Below are positions 36,047 to 45,221 of a stretch of 59,409 bases of DNA, piece after piece. The DNA is from a virus. Lineage: Duplodnaviria > Caudoviricetes. The notes under the pieces were generated by a model that saw nothing but the letters and a program-made list of their open reading frames with translations, was not told the DNA's origin and did no database searches. The translations under genes and the position numbers were made by a program. The stretch lies in IMG/VR virus record IMGVR_UViG_3300005531_000120, positions 1-59,409 of that record; one strand, written 5' to 3'. Position 1 is the stretch's first letter. Every line of letters begins with the position of its first letter.

Positions 36047-36664
36047 ATGTCGCTCGCCGTCTTCCCCACGCTCATCGGCCTCGGCTGGAACGTCAAGCAC
36101 GGCAAGCTCTGGAAAACGCGGTCGCAGGAGGCAATCTCCGGCAAGAGCGCGCGGATCAGCGACTGGGTCTTCCCGAGGCACCAGTGGGAGCTCAGCTTCG
36201 AGTTCCTGGGCCAGGGGACGATCAGCGGCCAGGTCTATAGCGACCTCGCGAACCTCATGGGGTTCTTCGACCTGCGCCAGGGCATGTTCGACAGCTGGCT
36301 CTACCAGGACGCCGAGTTCAATTCGGTCACCGATCAGTCGCTGGGCGCGGGCGACGGCACGACCACGGTCTTCCAGCTGCTGGCCACGACGAGCGCGGGT
36401 TTCATCGAGCCGGTGCTGGCGCCGAACGTCGTCACCGCCGTCAAGATCAATGGCGTCACCCAGGCGGCGAACACCTACTCCGTCAACGCCAGCACCGGCC
36501 AGATCACCTTCAACAGCGCGCCCGGCAACGGCCTCCTCGTCACCTGGAGCGGCACCTATTACTGGCTCTGCCAGTTCGCCGAGGATCACATGGACTTCGA
36601 GAAGTTCATGCAGGGCTTTTGGCAAGCGAAGAGCGTGAAGTTCCTGTCGCTGAAGAGCGCGTAG
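36047..36664 (+). CDS. Distal tail protein, DUF2460-like
   Basis: FPTLIGLGW...SGK...LMGFF..RQG...GDGTTTVFQL. Confidence 0.85.
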   Translation: MSLAVFPTLIGLGWNVKHGKLWKTRSQEAISGKSARISDWVFPRHQWELSFEFLGQGTISGQVYSDLANLMGFFDLRQGMFDSWLYQDAEFNSVTDQSLGAGDGTTTVFQLLATTSAGFIEPVLAPNVVTAVKINGVTQAANTYSVNASTGQITFNSAPGNGLLVTWSGTYYWLCQFAEDHMDFEKFMQGFWQAKSVKFLSLKSA

Positions 36665-36674
36665 ATATTGCCGC

Positions 36675-36717
36675 GCTACTCGCGCGACCGGGGTTGGGCA
36701 GGCGGTCGGTCGCGCGA
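36675..36717 (+). repeat. TAC-hairpin repeat
   Basis: GCTAC + stem TCGCGCGACCG/CGGTCGCGCGA, loop begins GGGTTGG. Confidence 0.85.
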
Positions 36718-36724
36718 GGATCAA

Positions 36725-36952
36725 ATGAGACTCTGGCTCCTGCAATTCCCGCCGGAGTCCGATGTCCCCTTCGCATCGATCCGCGTCGCCGCGCGCACGA
36801 AGCTCGAGGCCTGCACGATCGTCGCGGGGCAGCTCGAGCTGCCGATCGACGCCGAGAGCCCGCACCCTCTGGGCCGCGGCACGGTGGCTATCAACCACGT
36901 CGGGCAGAGTGCCGCGCTGGAGCCGGGGATCCTGGGAGCCGCGGCGAGGTGA
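36725..36952 (+). CDS. Small hypothetical gene between two repeat copies
   Basis: GAGGA SD; interrupts the normally adjacent DUF2460-DUF2163 pair. Confidence 0.55.
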   Translation: MRLWLLQFPPESDVPFASIRVAARTKLEACTIVAGQLELPIDAESPHPLGRGTVAINHVGQSAALEPGILGAAAR

Positions 36953-36956
36953 TCCT

Positions 36957-37014
36957 CGCGTGGCGAGCCGCCACGCCAACCCGCGCCGCCGGGTTGGCCG
37001 GCGGCGGAGGCGCG
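36957..37014. repeat. Collapsed pair of TAC-hairpin repeats
   Basis: GCGAGCCGCCACGCCAACCC GCGCCGCC GGGTTGGCCGGCGGCGGAGGCGCG; an internally deleted version of 26985..27087. Confidence 0.8.
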
Positions 37015-37026
37015 GGGACAACAATC

Positions 37027-37929
37027 ATGAAGCCGGCCAGCGTTTTGTTTCAGACGATCCTCGGCCAATCCGAGTGGCTGGCGCCCGACCTCTACACCTT
37101 CACGCTCGCCGACGGCACGGTGCTCCGCTACACCAATCTCGACGTCGACGTCCTATGCCTCGGCAACACCTTCTCGAGCGGCGGGCTCACCGGGCCGTTC
37201 TTCGATCGCCAGGACAACAAGGCGAAGTGCCACTGGAAGATCGGCGTCGACGTCGACACGCTCATCTTCGACGTCATCCCGGGATCCTCGACGATCGAGG
37301 GCAAGCCGTTCCTCCAGGCCGCGCGGCTCGGGATCTTCGACGGCGCGGAGCTGCAGCTCGAGCGCGCGGCGATCGCGCCGCCCACCGGCGCCTTCCAGCC
37401 GCCGCTTCCGGCGCCCGCCGGCACGGTGATCCTGTTCGTCGGCCGCGTGGGCGAGATCGATTTCGGCCGCTCGCTCGCGACCTTCAACGTCAACAGCCAT
37501 CTCGAGCTGCTGAACCTCAACCTGCCGCGGAACCTGTACCAGAGCGCCTGCGTGAACTCGCTCTACGACGCCGCATGCGGCGTCAATCGCGCGGCGTACC
37601 AGGTGAACGGCGCCGCCGCCGCGGGCTCGAGCACCTCCGCCGTGACCGCCACGCTGGCGAGCCCGACCGGCTGGTTCGACCAGGGCTCGCTCATCTTCAC
37701 GAGCGGCCAGAACCAGGGCTTCGCGCGCACGGTCAAGAGCTACGTCGCGGGATCTCCGGGCACGCTCTCGCTGATCGAGCCGCTCCCCTTCGCGCCGGCG
37801 CCGGGCGACACGTTCCAGGCGTTTCCCGGCTGCGATAAGACGAACGGCGCGGGCGGCTGCGCGAAGTTCAACAACACGGCGCGCTTCAAGGGATTCCCGT
37901 TCGTGCCCATCCCCGAAACGGCGGCCTAG
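37027..37929 (+). CDS. Baseplate hub protein, DUF2163/BR0599-like
   Basis: DLYTFTLADGTVLRYT, GIFDGA, C...LYD..CGV, PGCDKT...C.KFNN...FKGFPFVP. Confidence 0.9.
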   Translation: MKPASVLFQTILGQSEWLAPDLYTFTLADGTVLRYTNLDVDVLCLGNTFSSGGLTGPFFDRQDNKAKCHWKIGVDVDTLIFDVIPGSSTIEGKPFLQAARLGIFDGAELQLERAAIAPPTGAFQPPLPAPAGTVILFVGRVGEIDFGRSLATFNVNSHLELLNLNLPRNLYQSACVNSLYDAACGVNRAAYQVNGAAAAGSSTSAVTATLASPTGWFDQGSLIFTSGQNQGFARTVKSYVAGSPGTLSLIEPLPFAPAPGDTFQAFPGCDKTNGAGGCAKFNNTARFKGFPFVPIPETAA

Positions 37930-37945
37930 CGGTTCGGAGGCTGCG

Positions 37946-38419
37946 ATGCCGACCGAGCTCGAGCAGCGCGCCGCCGTGGTCGCCGAGGCTCGCTCCTGGC
38001 TTGGCACGCCCTATCACCACATGGGGCGCATCAAGGGCGTGGGCGCGGACTGCCTCACCGCACCGCTCTGCTGCTATCAGGCGGTCGGGCTGGTGCCGCG
38101 CAGCTTCGCGGTGCCCTTCTATCCGCTCGATTGGAACCTCCATCGGACCGAGGAGCGCTACCTCGAGGGCGTCTTGCAATTCGCCCGCGAGATCCCGGGG
38201 CCGCCGCAGCCGGGCGATCTCGCCCTGTGGAAATTCGGCCGCTGCTTCGCGCACGGCGCCGTCGTCGTCGATTGGCCGAGGGTCATTCACGCCCAGATCG
38301 GCCACGGGGTCCGCCTCGAGGACGTCGAACGCGCGGTCTGGCTGAATTTTGTCGGCGAGCCCGGCCCTGATCGCGGGAAGCCGCGACCGCGGAGGTTTTT
38401 CAGCCCATGGGCGGCCTGA
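37946..38419 (+). CDS. Tail-associated NlpC/P60 peptidase
   Basis: EARSWLGTPYHH...GVGADC...PGDL...HGAVV...IHA. Confidence 0.92.
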   Translation: MPTELEQRAAVVAEARSWLGTPYHHMGRIKGVGADCLTAPLCCYQAVGLVPRSFAVPFYPLDWNLHRTEERYLEGVLQFAREIPGPPQPGDLALWKFGRCFAHGAVVVDWPRVIHAQIGHGVRLEDVERAVWLNFVGEPGPDRGKPRPRRFFSPWAA

Positions 38420-40767
38420 CCGGCAAAGGCGGAGCATCTCAAGCCGCCACCAACACCCGCGCCGCCGGCCTGCAGATCCAGACCAGCGTGCTCGGCGCCG
38501 CGGTCGCGTTGATCTACGGCGCGACCCGCGTTGCGGGGAACGTGATTTGGGCCGGCGACTTCAAGGCGATCGCGCATCAGAGCTCCGCCGGCGGCGGCGG
38601 CAAGGGCGGCGTGGTCGGCGGCGGCGGCAAGGGCGGCGGCGGAGGCGTGACCTACACCTACCAGACCGGGCTCGCCATTGCGCTCGGCGAGGGGCCGATC
38701 GCCGGCGTCAACACCGTCTATGTCAACAAGAACGTCGACACGCCCGCGCAGCTCGGCTTCACCGTCTTCGACGGGACCTACCCCCAGGCGCCCTGGGGCG
38801 TGCTCGCGACCAATCACCCCGATCAGGCGCTGCCCTATACCGGCATCGCCTACGTCGCGGCGGACCCCTACAACCTCGGCAGCACGCCGACGCTTCCGAA
38901 CCACAATTACGAGGTCTACGGGCGCCTCTATGCGACGGCCGCCAACGGCGTCGACGCGGAGCCCTCGCAGGTCATCACGGACCTGCTGACGAACCCGGAT
39001 TACGGCGCGGGCTTCCCCCCGGCGCGCCTCGGCGACCTGTCGCTCTATCGGACCTATTGCCAGGCAGTCGGGCTCTGGGTCTCGCCGGCCTATGCCTCGC
39101 AGACGTCGGCATCGCAGATGCTCGACGAGCTCGCCAAGAACACGAACAGCGCCTTCGTCTGGTCCTCGGGCGTGCTGACGCTGGTGCCGTTCGGCGACAC
39201 GGCGGTCACCGGCAACGGCGCCACCTATCAGCCCGCGGCGGCGCCGCAGTACGACCTGACCGACGACGACTTCTTGCCGAACGCCAACGCCGCAGGCTCC
39301 AGCGGCACCAACAGCGACCCCGTCCTGGTGACGCGCAAGCGGCCCGCCGACGCGCTCAACAACATCAAGATCGAATTCCTCAACCGGTCGAACCAGTACA
39401 ATCCGGAAGTGGTGGAGGCGATCGACCAGGCCGCGGTCGACCGCTACGGCCGGCGCACCGACGGCTCGCGCAGCAGCCACATGTTCGCGGATCCCGCCGC
39501 CGCGAAGCTCAGCGTCCAGCTGCAGCTGCAGCGCGAGACGATCAAGAACGTCTACCAGTTCACCCTGGGGCAGCGGTTCATCCGCCTCGATCCCATGGAC
39601 ATCGTGACGCTCACCGACAACGCGCTGGGCTTGAACAAGCAGTGGGTCCGCATCACCGAGATCACCGAGCAGGACGACGGCACGCTGCTCGTTACGGCCG
39701 AGGAGTACCAGCAGGGCACCGGCCACGCCGCGCTCTATAATTTCGGCACCAGCCAGGGCTACAAGGCGAACGCGGACGCGGCGCCGCCCTCGACCAACGC
39801 CCCCGTGATGTTCGCGGCGCCGGTGCAGCTCGCGCAATCGGCCTCGGGCCTCGAGCTCTGGGTGGCGCTCTCCGGCCCCGCGGCCACCGGCGCCCAGGCG
39901 CAATGGGGCGGCTGCGACGTCTGGGTGAGCTCGGACGGCGGCAACTCCTATCCGAAGCAGCTGCCGCGCGTGCTCGGCGGCTCGCGCCAGGGTGTCATCT
40001 CGCAGGCCCTGCCGAGCGGCTCGGATCCCGATCTCGCCCACGCGCTCATGGTGGACCTCACCATGACCAACGGCGGGGCGCAGCTCCTCTCGGGCACGCA
40101 GGCCGACGCGGACGCGTTCCACACGCTCTGCTACGTCGACGGCGAGCTGATCTCCTACGAGACGGCGACGCTGATCGCGACCGGAAAGTATGCGCTGACC
40201 TATCTGCGCCGCGGCGCCTACGGCACGGCGGTGAAGCCGCACCTCGCGGGGAAGCAATTCGCGCGGCTCGACGAGTCGATCCTGATCATCCCCTACACGG
40301 CCGACCAGATCGGCAAGACGCTCAACATCAAGTTTCCGGCCTTCAACATCTTCGGCGGCGGCCTTCAGAGCCTTTCGCAGGTGCCGGCCTATTCGATCGT
40401 GCTGCCGGCGCCGCCGGTGCCGCCCGACGTCACCAACTTCGCGGTCGCCAACTCCGGCGAGGTGGTGGCGCTCACCTGGACCCAGGTCGCCGATAACGCG
40501 ATCCTCGGCTACGACATCCGCTACGGCGCCTTCGGCGTCACCGACTGGAACCAGATGATGCCTCTGACCGAGGCGAAGAAGGGCACCGAGATGACCAACG
40601 CCGCGGTGCCCCCGGGCCTCTGGACCTTCGCGATCCGCGCGCTCTCGATCGACGGCAAGACCTGGTCGACGCACATGGCGACCCAGACGCTCCAGGTGGT
40701 GACGACGAATCCGGTGCTGGCGACCCAGCCGCAGGCGCCGGTGTGGGGGAATTTGGGCGTGGTGTAA
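38407..40767 (+). CDS. Tail tip / host-specificity protein (GTA megatron-like), possibly lacking its C-terminal part
   Basis: LIYGATRVAGNVIW, LGEGPI, YTGIAY, LDPMDIVTLTD, YLRRGAYGT, terminal FN3-like domain. Confidence 0.9.
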   Translation: MGGLTGKGGASQAATNTRAAGLQIQTSVLGAAVALIYGATRVAGNVIWAGDFKAIAHQSSAGGGGKGGVVGGGGKGGGGGVTYTYQTGLAIALGEGPIAGVNTVYVNKNVDTPAQLGFTVFDGTYPQAPWGVLATNHPDQALPYTGIAYVAADPYNLGSTPTLPNHNYEVYGRLYATAANGVDAEPSQVITDLLTNPDYGAGFPPARLGDLSLYRTYCQAVGLWVSPAYASQTSASQMLDELAKNTNSAFVWSSGVLTLVPFGDTAVTGNGATYQPAAAPQYDLTDDDFLPNANAAGSSGTNSDPVLVTRKRPADALNNIKIEFLNRSNQYNPEVVEAIDQAAVDRYGRRTDGSRSSHMFADPAAAKLSVQLQLQRETIKNVYQFTLGQRFIRLDPMDIVTLTDNALGLNKQWVRITEITEQDDGTLLVTAEEYQQGTGHAALYNFGTSQGYKANADAAPPSTNAPVMFAAPVQLAQSASGLELWVALSGPAATGAQAQWGGCDVWVSSDGGNSYPKQLPRVLGGSRQGVISQALPSGSDPDLAHALMVDLTMTNGGAQLLSGTQADADAFHTLCYVDGELISYETATLIATGKYALTYLRRGAYGTAVKPHLAGKQFARLDESILIIPYTADQIGKTLNIKFPAFNIFGGGLQSLSQVPAYSIVLPAPPVPPDVTNFAVANSGEVVALTWTQVADNAILGYDIRYGAFGVTDWNQMMPLTEAKKGTEMTNAAVPPGLWTFAIRALSIDGKTWSTHMATQTLQVVTTNPVLATQPQAPVWGNLGVV

Positions 40768-41490
40768 TCAGCGCCGTCTCTGCACGGTGGAACCCGCAGC
40801 GTCGTTTGGCGAGAGCGCGAGAGGTGGGATAGCAACGAAGGCCTTCAGCTTCGGATAGTGCGCATTCATGGCGACATCGAGCCCATAATTGTCGAGCTCC
40901 TTTTCGAGCATCTGAAAATGCACCCTTACGGGCCGGAGCGGCAGGCACAGCGCCATGAGGGCCGCCGCGCCCTTCGGTGAAATCGAGTAGCAGACCAGGC
41001 CGAGCATCTGTTCGAGCCGGTCTAGTCGAACGCGCGCGCGGGCGCTTTGAAAATCCGTGAACGCCGTTTCAAGCCGCACAACGTCGAACCCGATCGAGCC
41101 CCCGATGGGGCCGTGCGCGATGTGCGCGCCGACGTTGCACCCCCAGAACGCGATGTCCCAGTCCTCGGGAAGTCGTTCGATGCCAGCGGCGGCCTTGCCC
41201 TCGAAGTCGCGCCGCAGGATTGCATCATCCTCGGCGATCGTGGCAGCGCTCCGCCCGGCAATGGCCTCCTGCCAGAGCGTGACATGTGAGAGGGCGCACC
41301 CCAATGCGCCCCGCGTGTAGAACGGCAACGCCGCCGGGGTGATCAGTCCTGCGCGAACGAACTGTTCATTGACGATCTGCGCGCCGTCGGCGGCAGCAAC
41401 TCGGCGGATCTCCGTTAGGTGACGATTAGCGGCAAGAAACGCCGCGAGGCGGTCAGCGCTCCTGTCGAGATTGATCACGTGAATCCGCAT
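40768..41490 (-). CDS. Glycosyltransferase family 25 (LPS biosynthesis type), counter-oriented moron
   Basis: VINLDRSADRL, AADG, GALGCALSH..LW, IAEDDA, YSISPKGA. Confidence 0.92.
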   Translation of the reverse strand: MRIHVINLDRSADRLAAFLAANRHLTEIRRVAAADGAQIVNEQFVRAGLITPAALPFYTRGALGCALSHVTLWQEAIAGRSAATIAEDDAILRRDFEGKAAAGIERLPEDWDIAFWGCNVGAHIAHGPIGGSIGFDVVRLETAFTDFQSARARVRLDRLEQMLGLVCYSISPKGAAALMALCLPLRPVRVHFQMLEKELDNYGLDVAMNAHYPKLKAFVAIPPLALSPNDAAGSTVQRRR

Positions 41491-41543
41491 TTTGGGAAGC
41501 AGAGGCCGCCGCCGGCGCCTCTGTCAAGCGCGAGGTCCTGTCC

Positions 41544-42440
41544 ATGATGGAGGTCGAGCTCGCGGCTTCCGCGGGGATCTCGCTGTCGCTGAACGCGCCG
41601 ATCGAGGGCACCCTGACATGCAGACTGGGTGACTGGATCGAGCCGGTCCTGGCGCTATCGCCGGAGGCCCCGCCGGCGGCCGAGCTCGAGCTCCCGGTTC
41701 CGGTTACCGGACCGGCCATCGAGGGCGACGAGCTCACGCTCCATCTGCCGTGGCTGGACCGATACCCCTTCACGGTCCCGCTGACGCGCTATGCGGGCAT
41801 CGGCACGCCGGTCAATCTCGGCAACGTCCACGGCAGCCTGATCGTCACCACCGCGGCGGCTAACGCCGGCGACGCGATCATCGTGGCGCTCTCCTCGAAG
41901 AATGCGACCGCGCTCACCGTAACCGACAGCGGCGGAAATTCTTACGTCCAGGACGTTCAGGTCGCCAACGGCAGTTCCATCCAGTGCGCGATATTCCGCA
42001 GCAACAATGCCAACGGGCTCGCGAGCGGCGGCACGATCACCCTCGGCGGAGGCGTCTCCGGCGGCGGCGCGGCCATCGTCGTCTCGGGCCTGGATGCCTC
42101 GCCGGTCGATGGCACCGGGACCGAGACTGACTCCGCCACTACCGGGACCGTTTCCCTCACGACCGGCGCGGCGAACGACATCCTGATCGGCGCCGTCGCC
42201 AGCAACGGGCCGAATACCGTCAGCAGCGAGAGCCCCGGCTTCACCTCGCTCACGGGCAATGCGACCTCGGCCTCGATCGAGTGGGCTTACAACAACGGAG
42301 TCGGCGCCGGTGCGCAGACCTATGCGCCGACCATGAGTGGCTCCAACGGTCACGCCCGCGTCTGCGTCGCCTATAAGGCGGCCCAGACTTTCGTCCCTTA
42401 CACGCCCTGGCCTCAGCTCGGCCCCATCCTCGCGCAGTGA
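41544..42440 (+). CDS. Putative virion appendage protein, Gly/Ser/Thr-rich beta domain
   Basis: AGDAIIVA...VTDSGGNSY; acidic 80-aa leader; Pro/Trp C-terminal tail. Confidence 0.65.
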   Translation: MMEVELAASAGISLSLNAPIEGTLTCRLGDWIEPVLALSPEAPPAAELELPVPVTGPAIEGDELTLHLPWLDRYPFTVPLTRYAGIGTPVNLGNVHGSLIVTTAAANAGDAIIVALSSKNATALTVTDSGGNSYVQDVQVANGSSIQCAIFRSNNANGLASGGTITLGGGVSGGGAAIVVSGLDASPVDGTGTETDSATTGTVSLTTGAANDILIGAVASNGPNTVSSESPGFTSLTGNATSASIEWAYNNGVGAGAQTYAPTMSGSNGHARVCVAYKAAQTFVPYTPWPQLGPILAQ

Positions 42441-42449
42441 GGCTCGCGC

Positions 42450-42764
42450 ATGATCCGAGATTCCGTGCTGCTCACGGGCCGCGCCAACGGCGAGACGTAT
42501 GTCCGGGAGAACCGCACCGAGCGCTATGTCTGCATCCCGCCGGCCTACATCATCACCGACGAGACCGGCGCGACCTGGACGTTCGGCCACAGCTACGTGC
42601 GGCACGGCGACGGTTTTCTTTTCTCCGTGATGCGCAACGACGTCGATACCGGCGAGCTCGCGGAGAAGATCGAATTCAGGGCCACGCGCATGAATCCGCG
42701 CGGCTCGGTCACGATCTATGGGCCGGGCGGCTGCAAGGTCTGGAACGGCCGGGCGTTCATCTGA
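42450..42764 (+). CDS. Hypothetical protein
   Basis: GAGG SD; globular composition. Confidence 0.65.
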   Translation: MIRDSVLLTGRANGETYVRENRTERYVCIPPAYIITDETGATWTFGHSYVRHGDGFLFSVMRNDVDTGELAEKIEFRATRMNPRGSVTIYGPGGCKVWNGRAFI

Positions 42765-42775
42765 GCTTCACCCGT

Positions 42776-42834
42776 CTCCGCGCGGGGCTTCCGCGACGAT
42801 CGCTCATGCGATCGCGTCTGGCGCCCGCCTTTGA
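42776..42834 (+). promoter_or_regulatory. Conserved structured leader, copy C
   Basis: CTCCGC GCGGGGC TTCC GCG A CGATCGC tcat GCGATCG CGT CTGGC GCCCGC CTTTGA. Confidence 0.7.
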
Positions 42835-42846
42835 AAGGAATTGCAA

Positions 42847-43338
42847 ATGACGCGCGAATTTTCGATCTCCGCCGCCGGCGTCACCGTCGCCGGCGCCACC
42901 ACGCTCATCTTCGTGAACCCGGCGGCGGCGCCGAACTTCAATCTGGAGTTCCTCCGCTTCTGGATCGGGCAGAGCGCCAACGCCACGTCTGCGCAGCAGC
43001 GCGCGCAGCTCGAGACCCAGGTCTCGGCCTTCCCGACCTTGACCGCGGCGACACCGGCAAAGCTCAAGCCTGCGGACCCGAACGCCTCCATCATCACCGG
43101 CGGCACCGCCGGCGCCGCCGGCACCGCCGGCACCAACGCCTCGGCCGAGGGCGCCGGCGCCAAGACCGCCGTCTACGACGACGTCTTCAACGTGCTCAAC
43201 GGCTGGCTCCATGTGCCGACACCCCCGGAGACGCGCATCATGCCGGCGGGCTTCGCCTCCGGGCTAGGTCTGTTCTTCCCGGTCGCGCCCGCGACCCTCA
43301 CCAACTGGGCCTTCGGCCTGATCTTCAGGGAAGTCTAG
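42847..43338 (+). CDS. Putative virion structural protein
   Basis: AAGGA SD; Ala/Thr/Gly-rich beta composition, location in fibre region. Confidence 0.7.
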   Translation: MTREFSISAAGVTVAGATTLIFVNPAAAPNFNLEFLRFWIGQSANATSAQQRAQLETQVSAFPTLTAATPAKLKPADPNASIITGGTAGAAGTAGTNASAEGAGAKTAVYDDVFNVLNGWLHVPTPPETRIMPAGFASGLGLFFPVAPATLTNWAFGLIFREV

Positions 43339-43389
43339 CCGTCGCGTAGCGACGGTCTCGCGCCGCGGCAGCACCACGTTTCAACCTGT

Positions 43390-43449
43390 CTCTGTGCCTG
43401 GCTTCGGCGACGATGCTTCGCATCGCGCCGGCGCCGGCCTTTGACAATC
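43390..43449 (+). promoter_or_regulatory. Conserved structured leader, copy B
   Basis: CTCTGT GCCTGGC TTCG GCG A CGATGC ttc GCATCG CGC CGGC GCCGGC CTTTGAC. Confidence 0.75.
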
Positions 43450-43467
43450 CAAGAGGATTGCAAACAC

Positions 43468-43680
43468 ATGCCCACCATCGCCCACAAGACCGTCACTCGC
43501 GACGCCGACAAGAAGGTGTTCACTTCCGGGCACGGCCAGGTTCACCACGGGAAGACCTGCACGGTCGTGCGCGCGGTCACCGAGGAGGACAAGGAGTGGG
43601 ACCGGGAAATCGGCAAAACCTGGGTCCGCCTCGAGGACGGAACCGAGGTCGCGGTGCTGAACGACGAGGTCGTTCACTGA
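43468..43680 (+). CDS. Small beta-rich (SH3-like) hypothetical protein
   Basis: GAGGA SD; HGKTCTVVR...VRLEDGTE...DEV. Confidence 0.65.
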   Translation: MPTIAHKTVTRDADKKVFTSGHGQVHHGKTCTVVRAVTEEDKEWDREIGKTWVRLEDGTEVAVLNDEVVH

Positions 43681-43722
43681 TCCTTCCGACACGCCGCTGC
43701 GCGGCGCGCTCAGGATGAGGGG
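43680..43722. repeat. Alphaproteobacterial REP-like palindromic element
   Basis: ATCCTTCCGACACGCCGCTGCGCGGCGCGCTCAGGATGAGG resembles the common ATCCTTCGAGAC...CTCAGGATGAG element. Confidence 0.6.
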
Positions 43723-43729
43723 AGCGCTG

Positions 43730-43771
43730 GCTGAAAGCTGACGGCTGACGGCTGAGGGCTGACAGCTGATG
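43730..43771. repeat. Six tandem GCTGANN heptamers running into the next start codon
   Basis: GCTGAAA GCTGACG GCTGACG GCTGAGG GCTGACA GCTGATG. Confidence 0.9.
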
Positions 43772-45184
43772 GCCATCTTTTACCCGCCGCCGCCGCCGTT
43801 CGTCGGAGGCCAGCAGCCCCACGCGCCGAAGCCGCTGCCGGCCTCGATCGAGGCGGTGCCGGTCGACGAGCCGCCCCACCAGCACCCTGCGCGATCGCCG
43901 GCGCTCTCGGCGATCGTGCGGGCGTGGGACCCGCCGCCGCCGAACGCCTTCCTCGGCGGGCGGCAGCCGCTCCAGCCGCTGCTCCCGAGCGAGCTGTTCC
44001 CGCCTGGCCCCAGCAATCCTCCGTTCAGCCACCCCGCGCGCACGGCGGCGCTGCAGTCGCTCCTCCGAGCCTGGGACCCGCCCCCGCCCGACCCGCGCTT
44101 CGACGGCCGCCAGGCGCTGAGCCCACGCCGGCTCGCGCCGGCGATCATCGCCGTCCCCGTCAGCGACCCGCCCTTCCGCCATCCCGCGCGCACGGCGGCG
44201 CTGCAGGCGATCATGCGGGCCTGGGACCCGCCGCCGCCGAACGCCTTCCTCGGCGGGCGGCAGCCGCTCAATCCGCCCTGGCTCAATCCGTCGATTACGA
44301 ATTACGTCCCAGACAATCCGCCCTTCGGGCACTTCGCGCGCACGCCCACCTTCGCGCAGATCCTGCGCATGTGGGATCCGCCGCCGCCCGAGGCGTACCA
44401 GGGGCGGCAGCGCGGCGATCGCCGGGATCTCGCGGCGATCCTCGAGTCGCTGCCGATCCCGGTCAACGCGTCGGGCTGGGTCTACCACTACTCGGGCGTG
44501 CTGGTGCCCGACAGCTACCTGGTCGCCGCGAACGACGGCGGCTTCGCGGTCTTCGACAATTACGTCTGGTCGCCCGTCGCCCAGGGCATCTACGAGGCGC
44601 CGGGGATCTCGCTGGCGAAGACGTCGCTGATCCGCGCCTGGGCGACGCTGGTGCAGGTGCTGGGCCCGGGCGCCGCCGGCAAGATCGCGCCGCAGCTGCA
44701 GCTCCGCTATTCCACCAGCGCGACCTCCGACCCCGCCATGTGGGGCTCGAGCTCGTCGCTCATGTGGAACGTCGATCCCTCGACGCTCATGTGGGCGGGC
44801 CTCTCGGATTGGGTGGGCCTGCCGGCGAAGGCGACGCTCCGGACCGATTACGTCCAGATCCGCGTCGTCAACGACTTCACCCAGGGCCTGCCGATCTTCC
44901 AGGCCTTCACGCCCGTGATCGACCAGCCGGTGATCTCGGACTCGAGCCTCTACTCGCCGAACGGGCCGAACGTCGCGGTGGCGCGCGGCGGGACGCGGGT
45001 CAATTTCAACACGGCGGATTTCCTGAACCCGCCGCACGTGGACGCGGTCTTCGTCTCCGCGACCGGCGACACCAGCGGCACCGCGACCGCGACGGCGATC
45101 GACAACACCGGCTTCACGCTGCACGTCTTCGACACGATCGGAAACGACGTCGGCGGCGTCGCCGGCTGGCGCGCGTCGACGTAG
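43769..45184 (+). CDS. Pro-rich repeat protein fused to a tail-tip-like C-terminal region
   Basis: Four ~50-aa repeats ending R(A/M)WDPPPP; C-terminal beta region ending FTLHVFDTIGNDVGGVAGWRA. Confidence 0.8.
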   Translation: MAIFYPPPPPFVGGQQPHAPKPLPASIEAVPVDEPPHQHPARSPALSAIVRAWDPPPPNAFLGGRQPLQPLLPSELFPPGPSNPPFSHPARTAALQSLLRAWDPPPPDPRFDGRQALSPRRLAPAIIAVPVSDPPFRHPARTAALQAIMRAWDPPPPNAFLGGRQPLNPPWLNPSITNYVPDNPPFGHFARTPTFAQILRMWDPPPPEAYQGRQRGDRRDLAAILESLPIPVNASGWVYHYSGVLVPDSYLVAANDGGFAVFDNYVWSPVAQGIYEAPGISLAKTSLIRAWATLVQVLGPGAAGKIAPQLQLRYSTSATSDPAMWGSSSSLMWNVDPSTLMWAGLSDWVGLPAKATLRTDYVQIRVVNDFTQGLPIFQAFTPVIDQPVISDSSLYSPNGPNVAVARGGTRVNFNTADFLNPPHVDAVFVSATGDTSGTATATAIDNTGFTLHVFDTIGNDVGGVAGWRAST

Positions 45185-45221
45185 TCGATCGCTGGCGCCC
45201 GCGCAGAGCAGAAAGAGACGC

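Noticed and set aside
19425-40674. Many long minus-strand and alternate-frame ORFs over the structural genes (e.g. 19425..21620, 38287..40674)
   Set aside because: Arg/Ala/Gly-rich shadow ORFs expected at this GC content; they overlap well-supported plus-strand genes
36047-40767. Gene transfer agent cluster
   Set aside because: The tail-tip module is GTA-like, but att sites, integrase, repressor, origin and cos/HNH packaging indicate a true prophage
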